Shown here: positions 28,684-39,410 of the stretch, one piece after another | Layout of the letters: the number at the start of each line of letters is the position of its first letter | How positions within the stretch are numbered: position 1 is the stretch's first letter | Assembly: GCA_963726055.1 (NCBI GenBank) | Contig: CAVSAP010000001.1 | Span: 35,167 to 99,166 of the forward strand | Source: an uncultured Chloroflexia bacterium | GTDB lineage: Bacteria > Chloroflexota > Limnocylindria > Limnocylindrales > CSP1-4 | Direction of reading: 5' to 3' | Length of the DNA: 64,000 bases | Program-made: the position numbers and the translations under genes | Notes under the pieces: model-generated | The model's database searches: none | What the model saw: only the letters and a program-made list of their open reading frames with translations | Told to the model about the DNA's origin: nothing

Positions 28684-29745
28684 TCAGGACGATTCGGTCG
28701 GTTTCTCGGCGACGAGGATCGTGAAACGGCTGAAGGTTGTCTCATCGGCCACCCGCAGCCCTGCCCGGGCGCACCGGGCTCGCAGTTCCGCGGCCGCGTC
28801 AATCACATTGCCCCACGTCAGCTCGTACCACTGGGCGACGGCCGTGAACCGGGTTGGCATGTTGCGGAGGGCCTGGTCCGAGTCCGGGTAGACCTCGTCG
28901 AAGACGACGAGCGAGCCACCCGGTGCGAGCGCCCGAGCCGCCGAGGCCAGGACCTCGTCCTTCATCTCGGGCAGGATCTCGTGGACGACGAGGAACATCG
29001 TGATGACGTCGTAGCGGGCCTCGCCGGTCAGGCCCTCCGGGCCGAGCAGGTATGCGCCGCAGCGGTCGGCCAGGCCCTGCCGGGCGATCAGCTCCCGTGC
29101 AAGCTCGACGGAGCGCGGCTCGATGTCCGCCCCGTCGACCCGGCTGCTCGGGAACCGCTCAGCCAGCTGGACGACCGCCCAGCCGGCCCCGCACCCGAGG
29201 TCGAGCACCCTCGCTCCGGCGGCCAGCCGGGCGCCGAGCGTCGGCAGGCGTGGCAGGACGAGGTCGACGAAGATTCTGGGTAGCGAGCTCAGGCTGGTGC
29301 CGATCTCCTCGATGAACGCGTCGCTATGGTCCTGGTACGGCACGACGCGACCGGTCCGGAGGCGGTCGGCCATGTCGGGGTAGTCCTCGCCGCCGAGCAT
29401 CAGGTGGACCCGCGCCGCTCGGCCAAGGTAGAACGCCGAGTCCGGGTTGCCCAGGATGGCGTCCATGTGGGGCGCCATGCGCCAGCCGTCCCCGTCGCGC
29501 TGGATCAGCGAGAACGCGAACGCGGTCCGGCACAGCGCGTCCGTGTAGTGCGGGTCCGTCCCCAGCTCGGCAGCGAGGGTCGCCGAGTCGATGCCCGGAC
29601 GGGCAGTGATCCGGTCCCAGGCCCCGACCTCGCGGGCCACCTCGATCAGGTTCGTCAGGTGGTAGCCCGCGATGAGGTCGTAGAGGCGGGAGACCTGGTC
29701 GGCGAGGGATGGCGCAGCAGGGTCAGCGGTCGTTGGAGTCGTCAT
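28684..29745 (-). CDS. class I SAM-dependent methyltransferase with N-terminal winged-helix domain
   Basis: Motif I 'RVLDLGCGAGW', 'GADIE', 'RALAPGGSLVVFD'; leaderless TAGGAT-N6-ATG. Confidence 0.9.
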   Translation of the reverse strand: MTTPTTADPAAPSLADQVSRLYDLIAGYHLTNLIEVAREVGAWDRITARPGIDSATLAAELGTDPHYTDALCRTAFAFSLIQRDGDGWRMAPHMDAILGNPDSAFYLGRAARVHLMLGGEDYPDMADRLRTGRVVPYQDHSDAFIEEIGTSLSSLPRIFVDLVLPRLPTLGARLAAGARVLDLGCGAGWAVVQLAERFPSSRVDGADIEPRSVELARELIARQGLADRCGAYLLGPEGLTGEARYDVITMFLVVHEILPEMKDEVLASAARALAPGGSLVVFDEVYPDSDQALRNMPTRFTAVAQWYELTWGNVIDAAAELRARCARAGLRVADETTFSRFTILVAEKPTESS

Positions 29746-29834
29746 CGACGCATCCTAGCCAAGGCCCGTCGCGGCACCGTCGCCCGGGATCGACGAGGCA
29801 GGCGCGGCGACCCGAGGGGGATCGCCGGGCGAGT

Positions 29835-30794
29835 TCAGGGGACCTGGAAGGGGATCGACCCGTTCGCCTTTGCCCGAGATTCGTGCATCGTGAGCGTGTA
29901 GGCGCCGCTCCCGGGCGCCGGCACCTTGAAGCAGAGGCCGTTGTCGCGCACGGTCGCCTTGCTCGCGAGGGGGATGTACACCGCCGGGTTCCCCGCGGAC
30001 GTCGTGCCGTCGGGGACGTCGAGGAAGGCCTGATCGATGAACCCGTCGCTCGGTCCCGAGTTGGTGGCGACGCCCCCGAGGACGATCGAGACCTCGCCCT
30101 TGGCGATCGGTCCGTATTTGATCTTGGCCGGGCTCCCGGCGCAGGAGGCCGGGATCACCGTTCCCGACGCGACGCTGAACATGACGAATGCGCCCATCTT
30201 CACGTCGCCGCTGACCGTCAGCGGTGTCGGCTGCTCGGACACGGCGGGGTCGCCGTTCAACGGCACGGTCGCCTGGTGCCCGCCCGGTTGTCCGAACGTG
30301 AGGACGGCCGTCTCCGGCGTGAATCCGGTGGGCGGCCCGACCTGGATCTCCGCCTTCACGGTGCCGCCTGCGGGTACGGCCCCGAGGGGGATGAACCCGG
30401 GCAGGTAGGTGCTGTTCCAGAACACGTTGAGTTCGGGTCCAAGACCGCTCACGTCGTTCGCGGCCGTGCTCGTGTTCAGGAACGTCGCGGTGATGAGCAG
30501 CTTGCGCTTGAGCGGGTCGTACGTTGCGCCGCTGACGTCGATCTCGTAGCCGCCCCACCACACGTGGGCGTTCAGCGTGAGTGCGACCGCTGTCGGCTCG
30601 GGCGTCGGCGTCGGGGCCGGGGTCGGCGTGGGTTTGACGGACGGCGAGGCGGCGGCCGATGCGCTGGCGGACGCGACGGAGGCACCGCTCGGTGCCGCAC
30701 TCGACGATGGGGCAGCCGTACTGGAGCAAGCGGCGGCCACGAGGCAGAGGGCGACAAGGCCGGTCAGGGGACGATTGACGGACATCGTGGACAT
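29835..30794 (-). CDS. hypothetical lipoprotein with Pro/Ser/Thr stalk and two beta-sandwich-like domains
   Basis: Lipobox LVAAAC, 'SSSAAPSGAS...PTPTPAPTPTPEP' linker, beta-strand-rich remainder. Confidence 0.7.
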   Translation of the reverse strand: MSTMSVNRPLTGLVALCLVAAACSSTAAPSSSAAPSGASVASASASAAASPSVKPTPTPAPTPTPEPTAVALTLNAHVWWGGYEIDVSGATYDPLKRKLLITATFLNTSTAANDVSGLGPELNVFWNSTYLPGFIPLGAVPAGGTVKAEIQVGPPTGFTPETAVLTFGQPGGHQATVPLNGDPAVSEQPTPLTVSGDVKMGAFVMFSVASGTVIPASCAGSPAKIKYGPIAKGEVSIVLGGVATNSGPSDGFIDQAFLDVPDGTTSAGNPAVYIPLASKATVRDNGLCFKVPAPGSGAYTLTMHESRAKANGSIPFQVP

Positions 30795-30937
30795 GACGCT
30801 GCCACACGAAACGGAGCGCGGATAGGATGAAATTCGCGGTGGCCGGTGGGCCGCCCCCGGGACGGCCCTGGACGCGACCCCGTTGGTCACGTCATACAGG
30901 TTAGGGGCGCTTCAGCCGCAAACGGTTCCCAAATTGC

Positions 30938-32014
30938 TCAAGGGCGCGGCCAGGCCTGGCGCCAGCCATCGACGCCGAGCTCCCAGACATCAAGCCGCTG
31001 CGCGCCTCCTGGCTCTCCGATGCCGCCGACGAGAACGAGCACCTGGCGCTTCGCGTCGAAGGCGAGCGCATGGCCATTCCGCGGGCTGGGGGCGGGCTCT
31101 GGTGATAGCTCCGACCATGCGCTCGACCACAGCCACGTGTCCGCCTCGAACGGCGTTTCGGCCCCGGTCCCACCCCCGAACATGACGATCCCGCCGAGAC
31201 GCTCGTCCCATGCGCCCGGCGAGTTGACCCGCGGTCCCGGGTCCTCCCCATTGGCGACCTGCGCCCACCGGTTGCCGCTCCAGCGCCACGTGTCGTCAAG
31301 GAACGCACCGTCATTGCCGTCGACCCAATGACCGCCCTGGAGGAGGATGTCGCCCGTGGCCTGGTCCGACGCCATCAGGCTCACGAACCGAGGGCGCGGG
31401 CCGGCGTCGGCGAGCCGCTCCCAGGCCGCACCGTTCCATGCCCAGGTGTCGCCTGGCTGGACCCCGCCGATCGCCCCGCCAAAGAGCACCATCTGACCAT
31501 CGTCTTCGTCGTACGCGAGCGCGGCGCCCTCGCGAGCTCCCGGCCCGGGGCTGTCATGGATCGTCCAGGCGCGGCCGTCCCATTCGAGCGTCTCGTCCAA
31601 CCCCGCGCCACTGGATCCGATTCCGCCGTGGACGACGACGACTCCGCGCTCCGGGTCTCGCCCGATCGCCGCGAAGCCGCGGGCGGGCGGCCCGGCCGCG
31701 TCGAGCAGGCCCCAGGCGTCACCGGTCCAGCGCCAGAGCTCCGTCGGCCGGGCGGGTCCGTCCTCGGTCGCGCCGTTGACCAGCACGACGTGTTCGAGGA
31801 GCGGGTCATAGAAGAGCCCGAAGGTCTGGCCCAGGGCCGGCTCGCTCGGAATCGGCTGCGGCGTCGCGGAAGCGGAAGCGGAAGAGGAAGCGGGAGGCGG
31901 CGTGACCGGTCCAGGGCTTGCCGGCGTCGCCGGCGACGCCGGCGACCCGGTCGGGGCGCCGCACGCGGCGAGGATCGCCAGAACGGCAGCGTTGAGCAAA
32001 CGTCGTCGGAGCAT
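30938..32014 (-). CDS. Kelch-repeat beta-propeller lipoprotein
   Basis: Lipobox LAAC; repeated 'V.FGG......DTW.W.G..W' units (about 6 blades). Confidence 0.8.
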   Translation of the reverse strand: MLRRRLLNAAVLAILAACGAPTGSPASPATPASPGPVTPPPASSSASASATPQPIPSEPALGQTFGLFYDPLLEHVVLVNGATEDGPARPTELWRWTGDAWGLLDAAGPPARGFAAIGRDPERGVVVVHGGIGSSGAGLDETLEWDGRAWTIHDSPGPGAREGAALAYDEDDGQMVLFGGAIGGVQPGDTWAWNGAAWERLADAGPRPRFVSLMASDQATGDILLQGGHWVDGNDGAFLDDTWRWSGNRWAQVANGEDPGPRVNSPGAWDERLGGIVMFGGGTGAETPFEADTWLWSSAWSELSPEPAPSPRNGHALAFDAKRQVLVLVGGIGEPGGAQRLDVWELGVDGWRQAWPRP

Positions 32015-32137
32015 CGCCTCCCTCTGGGCGGGGACGCAGTCGTTTCCTACTACACCCGCTGAGCGGTCCAGGTTCCCAAGCGCTCGCCGTACACTGGCGG
32101 CTCGAGAGGTTCAAGACGATCTGAGGGTGGCGATTCC

Positions 32138-33796
32138 GTGAATGCACGTGACGAATCTCGGACTGTCTCGGCGCTTGCCATCAGCTACTGGGAGGACGTC
32201 CTTCGGCTCAATCCGATCTGGGCCACGCAGGTTGGCGATCGACGCTTCGACGATCAGTTGCCGGACCTTGATCCTGAGGCGAGCGACGGGGCGCTGGCGA
32301 CCTACCGAGGGGCGGCCAGCGCGGCCGCCGCGATTGACCGGACCACGTTGACCCCGGTCGATCGCACCACCCTTGACGTGATCGAGTCGCACTCCACGCA
32401 GCAGGTCGAGCGGCTGGAGCTCGGGTACCACCTCCTGGAAGCCGTGGACCACATGTGGGGGCCGGGGACGCTGCTGGCCCTCCTGCCCCAAGTCCAGGTC
32501 GTCGAAACCGCCGAACAGGCGACCACGTACCGTCGTCGTCTGGCCGATGTGCCCCGCTATCTCGCAGGTGCGGCAAGCCTGATGCTCGAGGGTCACGCCC
32601 GCGGCATCACCGCGCCGCGGATCGTCGTCGATCGCACGATCTCGCAAGTCGACCGACTCCTCCAGCAGTCGCCCGCCGAGTCCCAGGCCGTACTGGTCAC
32701 GCCAGAACCAGAACGCGAGGCGACCGCCGAGGTCATCAGGACACGGGTCATGCCGGCCTACGACCTGTACCGTCAGGCCCTCCAACGCTATCGGGAGCAG
32801 GCCCGAGACACGATCGGGTTGTCGGCCCTGCCCAACGGGGAAGCGCTGTACGCGAGTCGGGCCAGGGCATGGACGTCGCTCGACCTCGCACCGGCGGAGG
32901 TGCACGAACTCGGTCGCACCACGCTCGAGTCGATTCGCCTCGAGCAGCAGGGAATCGCGGACAAGCTTGGACAACCATCGGTCGCCGAAGCGATCCAGGT
33001 CGCTCGTGAACGATCGCGAACGTCGTCGCGCGAGACGATCGTCCGCACCGCCAGGAATCAGGTCGAGCGCGCGTGGAACGCGTCGGAGAGCTGGTTCGGT
33101 CGGCGGCCGGCAACGAATTGCAAGGTCCAGGCAATCGACCGCTCGCGTGAAGCCGACGTGCTCGATCACTACATCGGTCCGTCCGAGGACGGCTCGCGTC
33201 CCGGTGTGTTCTTCGTCAGCACGCGACCCGGACGACCGCTCTACGGGCTGGCTTCCACGGTCTACCACGAGAGCACGCCGGGGCATCACTTCCAGATCGC
33301 CCTCGAGCAGGACGCGTCCGATCGGCCGATGATCCGGCGCTTCAGTGCAGATCTCGTCGGTGGTGCGTTCGCCGAGGGATGGGGCCTCTACGCGGAGCGG
33401 CTCGCCGACGAGATGGGGCTCTTCGAGGACGACGCAGAGCGGCTCGGCATGCTGGAGTTGCAGGCGCTGCGAGCCGCGCGATTGGTCATCGACACGGGAA
33501 TCCATGCCTTTGAGTGGTCGCGCGACCAATCAATCGCCGAGCTGGAGCGCGCGTGGGCCGACAGCCGCGCTGACGCGGAGACCGAAATCGATCGGTACAT
33601 CGCGCTTCCCGGCCAGGCGCTCGCCTACACGCTCGGCCAGATGGAAATCGTCCGATGGCGGCGCGAGGCGGCCGAGCGATCCGGCGACTCGTTCTCACTG
33701 TCGGGGTTCCACGACCGGCTTCTCGAGATCGGCTCGTTGCCGCTGCCCGCGATCGGACGTGAGCTTGCGATGGCCGAGGATGCCGGGCGTGCCTAG
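32138..33796 (+). CDS. DUF885 family protein (putative metallopeptidase)
   Basis: 'YHESTPGHHFQ', 'FAEGWGLYAE', 'RAARLVIDTGIH', 'EIDRYIALPGQALAY'. Confidence 0.9.
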   Translation: MNARDESRTVSALAISYWEDVLRLNPIWATQVGDRRFDDQLPDLDPEASDGALATYRGAASAAAAIDRTTLTPVDRTTLDVIESHSTQQVERLELGYHLLEAVDHMWGPGTLLALLPQVQVVETAEQATTYRRRLADVPRYLAGAASLMLEGHARGITAPRIVVDRTISQVDRLLQQSPAESQAVLVTPEPEREATAEVIRTRVMPAYDLYRQALQRYREQARDTIGLSALPNGEALYASRARAWTSLDLAPAEVHELGRTTLESIRLEQQGIADKLGQPSVAEAIQVARERSRTSSRETIVRTARNQVERAWNASESWFGRRPATNCKVQAIDRSREADVLDHYIGPSEDGSRPGVFFVSTRPGRPLYGLASTVYHESTPGHHFQIALEQDASDRPMIRRFSADLVGGAFAEGWGLYAERLADEMGLFEDDAERLGMLELQALRAARLVIDTGIHAFEWSRDQSIAELERAWADSRADAETEIDRYIALPGQALAYTLGQMEIVRWRREAAERSGDSFSLSGFHDRLLEIGSLPLPAIGRELAMAEDAGRA

Positions 33797-34691
33797 GCGC
33801 ATCTCGGTCATCGGCGTCCCGTCGAGTGCCGGGGGCTACGCCAATGGCCAGGAGGCGGCGCCGGCGGCGCTTCGGGCCGCTGGACTCGTGGATCGCCTCC
33901 GCCAGGCCGGCTCCGACGTTGACGACACGGGGGACTCGCCGGTCTGGCGCTGGCGGCCAGATCGGACCAGGCCCCGGGCGCAGAACCTCGAGGCCGTCAT
34001 CGACCAGGTCGTCAACACCAGGACGCGTGTCGCGCAGGCGATGGCGGACGGGAGGATCGCGCTCGTCCTGGGCGGCGACTGCACGGTGGGAATGGGGACC
34101 GTTGCCGGAGTGGCCGACGGCGACGATTCCGTCGGATTGGTCTACTTCGACCTGCATGCCGACATGAATACGCCGGCCAGCGTCAGCGATGGCGCGCTGG
34201 ACTGGATGGGCGTCGCGCATCTGCTCGCCCTTGATGGAACGGATCCTGCGCTCAGCGCAGTCGGGGCGCGCAAGCCGATCCTCCTTCCCGATCAGCTCGT
34301 GCTCTTCGGACACGGCCTCGACAATGCCACGGGCTGGGAGAAGGATCAGATCGAACTGCACCACGTGGCCAGGGTTCCCGTCGAGGAAGTTCGCGTGGAT
34401 CCTCGCGCCGCGGCGCATCGTGCGCTCGCGATCCTGGGATCCAGGGCTCACTACATCGTCCACCTGGACGTCGACGTGATCGACTTCACCGACGCGCCGC
34501 TGTCCGAGAACACCGGCAGGAACACGGGGCTTTCGATGGCCGACGCCATGGAGGCCCTGACCGGCCTCCTGTCAGACGATCGGCTGATGGCGGTCACGAT
34601 CTCGGAGCTGAATCCGGCGCACGCTGCCGCCGAGGAAGGATTGCTCGTGCGTTTCGCGACGGCAGCCGCCAATGCCCTGGAACCTTCATGA
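33780..34691 (+). CDS. arginase/ureohydrolase family protein
   Basis: 'LGGDCT', 'YFDLHADMNTP', 'VHLDVDVID', 'SELNP'. Start at 33780 or 33789. Confidence 0.85.
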   Translation: MPGVPRRISVIGVPSSAGGYANGQEAAPAALRAAGLVDRLRQAGSDVDDTGDSPVWRWRPDRTRPRAQNLEAVIDQVVNTRTRVAQAMADGRIALVLGGDCTVGMGTVAGVADGDDSVGLVYFDLHADMNTPASVSDGALDWMGVAHLLALDGTDPALSAVGARKPILLPDQLVLFGHGLDNATGWEKDQIELHHVARVPVEEVRVDPRAAAHRALAILGSRAHYIVHLDVDVIDFTDAPLSENTGRNTGLSMADAMEALTGLLSDDRLMAVTISELNPAHAAAEEGLLVRFATAAANALEPS

Positions 34692-34712
34692 GCCCGCCAG
34701 CGAGGCGCTGAT

Positions 34713-35144
34713 CTAGGCGGCCACCAACGTTCCGCAGGCGACCGTGTTCTTGAGGTTGTCGTTCGACTCGTGCAGGGTGACGGCCATGGTGCCGACCATC
34801 AGCTCGGCGAGACTCACGGGGATGACCGTCGATGCGCTACCGCTCCTGACGTTCTCGAGGGGGAAGCGCGGCTGCGGGATGATTTCGCCGCAGATGCCCG
34901 GGTGGACGTGCGACGGCATGTCGAGGTGGCCGGCGGAATCCACCTGGACTTCGATCCGGGTGCGTCCACCGCCGACGTCCGTCAGCGTGACCGTGCCGGA
35001 GACACCGGACGACTTGACCGACGCGAGGGCGATCGATCGGCTCGGCCCGGCCTGCTGAGAGGCGCTGACGAGGACGGTCGCGACGACCGCGATGATTGCG
35101 ACAACGGCGATGACGAGACCGATGGAGCGGGGCTTCAGGGACAT
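34713..35144 (-). CDS. secreted/anchored small protein, CHRD- or Cu/Zn-SOD-like beta fold
   Basis: N-terminal TM, 'SGVSGTVTL', 'MPSHVHPGIC', 'VTLHES...VACG'; RBS AGGAG. Confidence 0.55.
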   Translation of the reverse strand: MSLKPRSIGLVIAVVAIIAVVATVLVSASQQAGPSRSIALASVKSSGVSGTVTLTDVGGGRTRIEVQVDSAGHLDMPSHVHPGICGEIIPQPRFPLENVRSGSASTVIPVSLAELMVGTMAVTLHESNDNLKNTVACGTLVAA

Positions 35145-35156
35145 TGAACGGTTCTC

Positions 35157-36909
35157 CTATCCATGCGCAACTAGGGGTGCGGGTGGGGAATCGGGCCTGA
35201 CCGATGCTCGCGGCAAGGATCCGAGCGATGAGATGGACGGGGTTGGACGCGGCAGTGTGGGCAGGCTGATTGCCTCGCGCAGGAGATCGCCCATCGCAGC
35301 CACGCTGAGCGGTCGGGAGAAGTAGTAGCCCTGGCCAAAGCCGGCACCGAGCGAGATCAGCTCCTGCAGCTGGCCCCGTTCCTCGATCCCCTCGGCGACC
35401 GTCTCGAGACCGAGTGCGTCACCCAGGGCGATGATCGATCGCACGAGGGCGACATCGGCGCCGCTCGTATCGAGCGTGGCGACGAAGGAGCGGTCGATTT
35501 TCAGGACGTCGACCGGAAGCCGTTGGAGATAGCTCAGCGACGAGTAGCCGGTCCCGAAGTCGTCGATCGCCAGCTTGACACCGAGCTCTTTGAGCGCCCG
35601 GAGCGTGGCGATCGACGCTTCCGTGTCGCCCATCAGGACGCTCTCGGTGATCTCGAGCGTGAGCGTGTTGGCCGCCAGACCGGTCTGCTGGAGGATCCGC
35701 TGCACGTCGTCGACGAACCCCGCCTCCTCGATCTGTCGCGGCGACAGGTTCACGCTGACCGGCACGGGCCGCCCGCGGCCCTCGTCCTGCCAGGCCCTGG
35801 CCTGGCGGCAGGCCTCGGACAGCACCCAGCGACCGAGATCGACGATCATCTCGCCTTCCTCGGCCAGCGGAATGAACTCGGCCGGGCCGACCATCCCTCG
35901 GGCCGGGTGCTCCCAGCGGACGAGCGCCTCGACGCCCTGCAACTCCCCGTCGGAAAGGCGGACGATCGGCTGGTATTCGAGCCGCAGGTCGCGGCGTGTG
36001 ATCGCCAGTCGCAGCTCGGCCTTGAGCTGGACCCGCGAGACTGCCGCGTCATGGAGTGTCGGATCGAAGACGACCGACCGGCCCTTGCCGCGCGTCTTCG
36101 CCCCGTACATCGCGACATCCGCATTCCTGAGCAGCTCGTCGGCCGACTGCTCGCCCCGGCGGCAGGCGGCGATGCCGATGCTGACGTTGACGACGATTTC
36201 GGCTGCCGACAGCGCGATCGGCTCGCGGAGGACCTCGTGGAGTCGCTCGGCCGTCGCCTCGGCCCCGTCGCCGTCCGAGTCCTCGAGCAGAATGGCAATC
36301 TCGTCGCCACCCATTCGGGCCGTCGTATCGGTCGGCCGCAGTGCTCCGCGAACCCTGGCTGCGACCGCGACCAGGACGCGGTCCCCGTCAGCATGGCCGT
36401 GGCTGTCGTTGATCCCCTTGAAATCGTCCAGGTCGATGAACAGGACGGCGATCCCCTGATCGCCTCGCCGGGAGCGAACGACCGCCCGCTCCAGGCGGTC
36501 CATGAACAGGGCCCGATTTGGCAGGCCGGTCAGCGCGTCGTGAAACGCCTGGTGACGGAGCTGCTCCTCCAGGGTGCTTCGGTCGGTGACGTCGCGGTAG
36601 TTGATGACGACCCCGCCGACGGCCGGATCGTCGAGGAGGTTCTTGGCGACTCCTTCGAGATGACGCCAGGTTCCGTCTGAATGGCGCGCACGGAACTGGG
36701 TCGCGACCAGCGCGTTCGGTTGCTCGGCGACGTCCTGGAAGAGTTGGTGGACGGCGGCCGCGTCGCCGCTCCGAGACCACCGCGGCCATCGCCACGACGA
36801 CCAGCAGCGCCAGCGCGGCCACGCTGAAGCGCAACCCGGGACGCCAGGCGCGCACCTCCTGCGCGCGATCGCCAGAGGCATGGTCATCCGGATGGCTCGC
36901 GAACGGCAT
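35157..36909 (-). pseudogene. TM-PAS-GGDEF-EAL protein with apparent internal deletion/frameshift in PAS
   Basis: 'HDALTGLPNR', 'ARMGGDEIA', 'EALVRW', 'AIDDFGTGYSSL', 'KIDRSF'. The N-terminal TM (ORF 36388-36909) is out of frame and the first half of PAS is missing at about 36770. Confidence 0.75.
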
Positions 36910-37036
36910 TCAAGGGTCGATGGCACCCAGCGGCAGATGTCGGGAGCTCGGGTCCCGCTAGCTGAAGGCTAGATGCCGGTCCGCGGCACCCTCATGCCCC
37001 GTTCGTACGCGTGGGCTGACGGCCGGTCAGTACTTT

Positions 37037-38311
37037 CTACGCCGAATGAGTGATCGGCGGGGTTTCTTCGACCTCGTCCGTGATCGGGTCGGAGGGGGCG
37101 TTCTCCAGTCGGGCCAGGATCGTGAACGGTATGGCCAGCGCCATCACGACGCCCGACACGACGTATGACGCCGGATAGCCATACAGGTCCGCGGTCCGAC
37201 CGAGCGCCGGCTGGGCCACGACCCCGCCGGCCGAGCCCATCAGGGCGTCGAACGACAGGACTGTCGCTCGCTGCTCGGACGGGATGACGCCGTTGATGAA
37301 CGCCTGGCGCAGCGGCCCCTCGAACGCGAAGATCAGTGCCCACGCCGCCAGCAGCACGAGAGCCACGATGAAGCTGCCGGTCAGCCCGATCAGGATCAGC
37401 AAGATCACGTTGAGGATCGCGCCGAGGATCAGGGCCTGCGTGCGGCGGCTGAACAGGCGTCGTACCCGGGAGACGAGTAGTCCTCCGGCGATCTGCGCGC
37501 CCGCGATGAGTGCGGCCGCAAGCCCGGCGATGCCGTAGGCGGTCTCGTCGCCATAGAGCTCGAGCAGGTACGGCTGCAGGGCATAGAACGCGTAGATCCC
37601 GACGCCGAAGGTGAACGGCGCGGCCAGCATCAACCAGCGCACCGGCGGGTTGCGGAGCCCGCCGTCGACGGCACCCTTCAGGACGTTTCGGACCGCGGCG
37701 CCCGCGCTCGCGTCTTTGGCGGGCTTGAACCCCAGGTCGTGCATGAAGCGCAGGGCGACCACGAGCGTCACACCGAGCATCGCCGCGCGCACGAGGTAGG
37801 GGACCCCGAGATTGCTCAGCTGGGCAATGACGCCGCCTGCGACCGATCCAACGAGCATCGCCGCCCCGCCCACAGTCTGAGCCCGCCCGAAGATCGTCTC
37901 GAGGCTGCCGGTGAAGCCGGTGGATGCGAGCGCATCGACGAGCCACGCCTCGGTCGCACCCGAGAAGAAGGTGAAGCCGAGCCCGAGGAGGATGGACGCG
38001 ATCGCCCAGCCCAGCAGCGGGGCGTGGATCTGCCACATCAGGAGGTAGAGGAGCGACGCCAGGAGGAGCGTGCCGGCGCCGAGCAGGAACGAGAAACGAC
38101 GGCCGCGCGTGTCGGCGACCACGCCCGTCGGCACCTCGAAGATCACCTGCCCGACGGTATAGAACGCGTTGGCTGTGAATGCCTCTGTGTTGCTCAGGCC
38201 GGCGTCGAGCAGGAAGAGGGTATTGATGCCCCAGATGAACGACGCGGCGAGCGTCGTGAGGAGGGTGAGGAGCAGATAGGTTCGCTGAACCGTCCGGGCG
38301 TCGTCGGTCAC
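37037..38311 (-). CDS. MFS transporter
   Basis: 12-TM pattern, 'FEVPTGVVADTRGRRFS', 'FFSGATEAWLVD', 'RATVLSFDAL'. Confidence 0.9.
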   Translation of the reverse strand: MTDDARTVQRTYLLLTLLTTLAASFIWGINTLFLLDAGLSNTEAFTANAFYTVGQVIFEVPTGVVADTRGRRFSFLLGAGTLLLASLLYLLMWQIHAPLLGWAIASILLGLGFTFFSGATEAWLVDALASTGFTGSLETIFGRAQTVGGAAMLVGSVAGGVIAQLSNLGVPYLVRAAMLGVTLVVALRFMHDLGFKPAKDASAGAAVRNVLKGAVDGGLRNPPVRWLMLAAPFTFGVGIYAFYALQPYLLELYGDETAYGIAGLAAALIAGAQIAGGLLVSRVRRLFSRRTQALILGAILNVILLILIGLTGSFIVALVLLAAWALIFAFEGPLRQAFINGVIPSEQRATVLSFDALMGSAGGVVAQPALGRTADLYGYPASYVVSGVVMALAIPFTILARLENAPSDPITDEVEETPPITHSA

Positions 38312-38443
38312 AAGGCGTAGAACTCTATCGATCGCGGGCATGCCCTGCTGGACGCGCCGATACGACCATGGACATGCCAGACTCCGGGCATGGACGTCCA
38401 CGTCGTCGATTAATGCCGCCGTCACGAGCCGACTGAGGAAACC

Positions 38444-39410
38444 ATGGCCCAGTTCGACCTGCCCCTTGACGAGATGCGGGTCTACAAGCCCGAACTCGCC
38501 GTCCCCGACGATCTGGAGCGGTTCTGGGACCAGACGCTCGAAGAGGCGCGGACGACCGAACTCGTTGCAACGGCGACGCCGGTCGAGACCGGGCTGAGCC
38601 TCATCTCGACGTTCGACGTCGGCTTCAGCGGGTTTGGTGGGACTACCGTCAAGGCCTGGCTGCACCTGCCGGCCGGCTCGACGGGTCCGCTACCGGCCGT
38701 CGTGGAGTTCGTCGGGTACGGCGGCGGTCGAGGCCTCCCGCACGAGCGGATCATGTGGGCGGCCGCGGGCTATGCCCACTTCATCATGGACACGCGTGGC
38801 CAGGGCTCCACGTGGTCCGTCGGTGGGACGCCGGACCCTGATCCCACGGGTGCGCCGTTCCATCCCGGCTTCATGACCCGCGGCATCCTGGCGCCGGAGG
38901 ATTACTACTATCGGCGCGTGTTCGTCGATGGTGTTCGCGCCGTCGAAGCTGTCCGCGGGCATCCGGCGGTCGACGGTAGCCGCGTAGCCGTGACCGGTGG
39001 AAGCCAGGGCGGTGGGATCAGCGTGGCGGTCGCTGCACTGGTTCCGGACATCGCGGCCACGATGCCGGACGTCCCGTTCCTCAGCGATTTCCCGCGGGCG
39101 ATCACCCTCCGAGACACCGACCCGTACGGGGAGATCGCTCGCTACCTGAAGGCGCATCGCGACCACGTCGAGGCGGTCCACCGGACGCTCTCCTACGTCG
39201 ATGTGGCGATCCTCGGCCGCCGGGCGACGGCTCCGGCGCTGTTCTCGGTCGGGTTGATGGACGAGATCACGCCACCGTCAACGGTGTACGCCGCCTACAA
39301 CCACTACGGCGGCCCGAAGGAGATCCTCGAGTACGCCTTCAATGCCCACGAAGGCGGCGAAGGCTTCCACGACGTCGTCAAGATGCGCTGGCTCGCCGAG
39401 CGCCTGAGAA
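38444..39410 (+). CDS. acetyl xylan esterase / cephalosporin-C deacetylase (CE7, AXE1); 3' end uncertain
   Basis: 'PDDLERFWDQTL', 'VGYGGGRG', 'MDTRGQGS', nucleophile GGSQGGG, 'HEGG'. Expected stop after 'RWLAERL' is missing. Confidence 0.88.
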
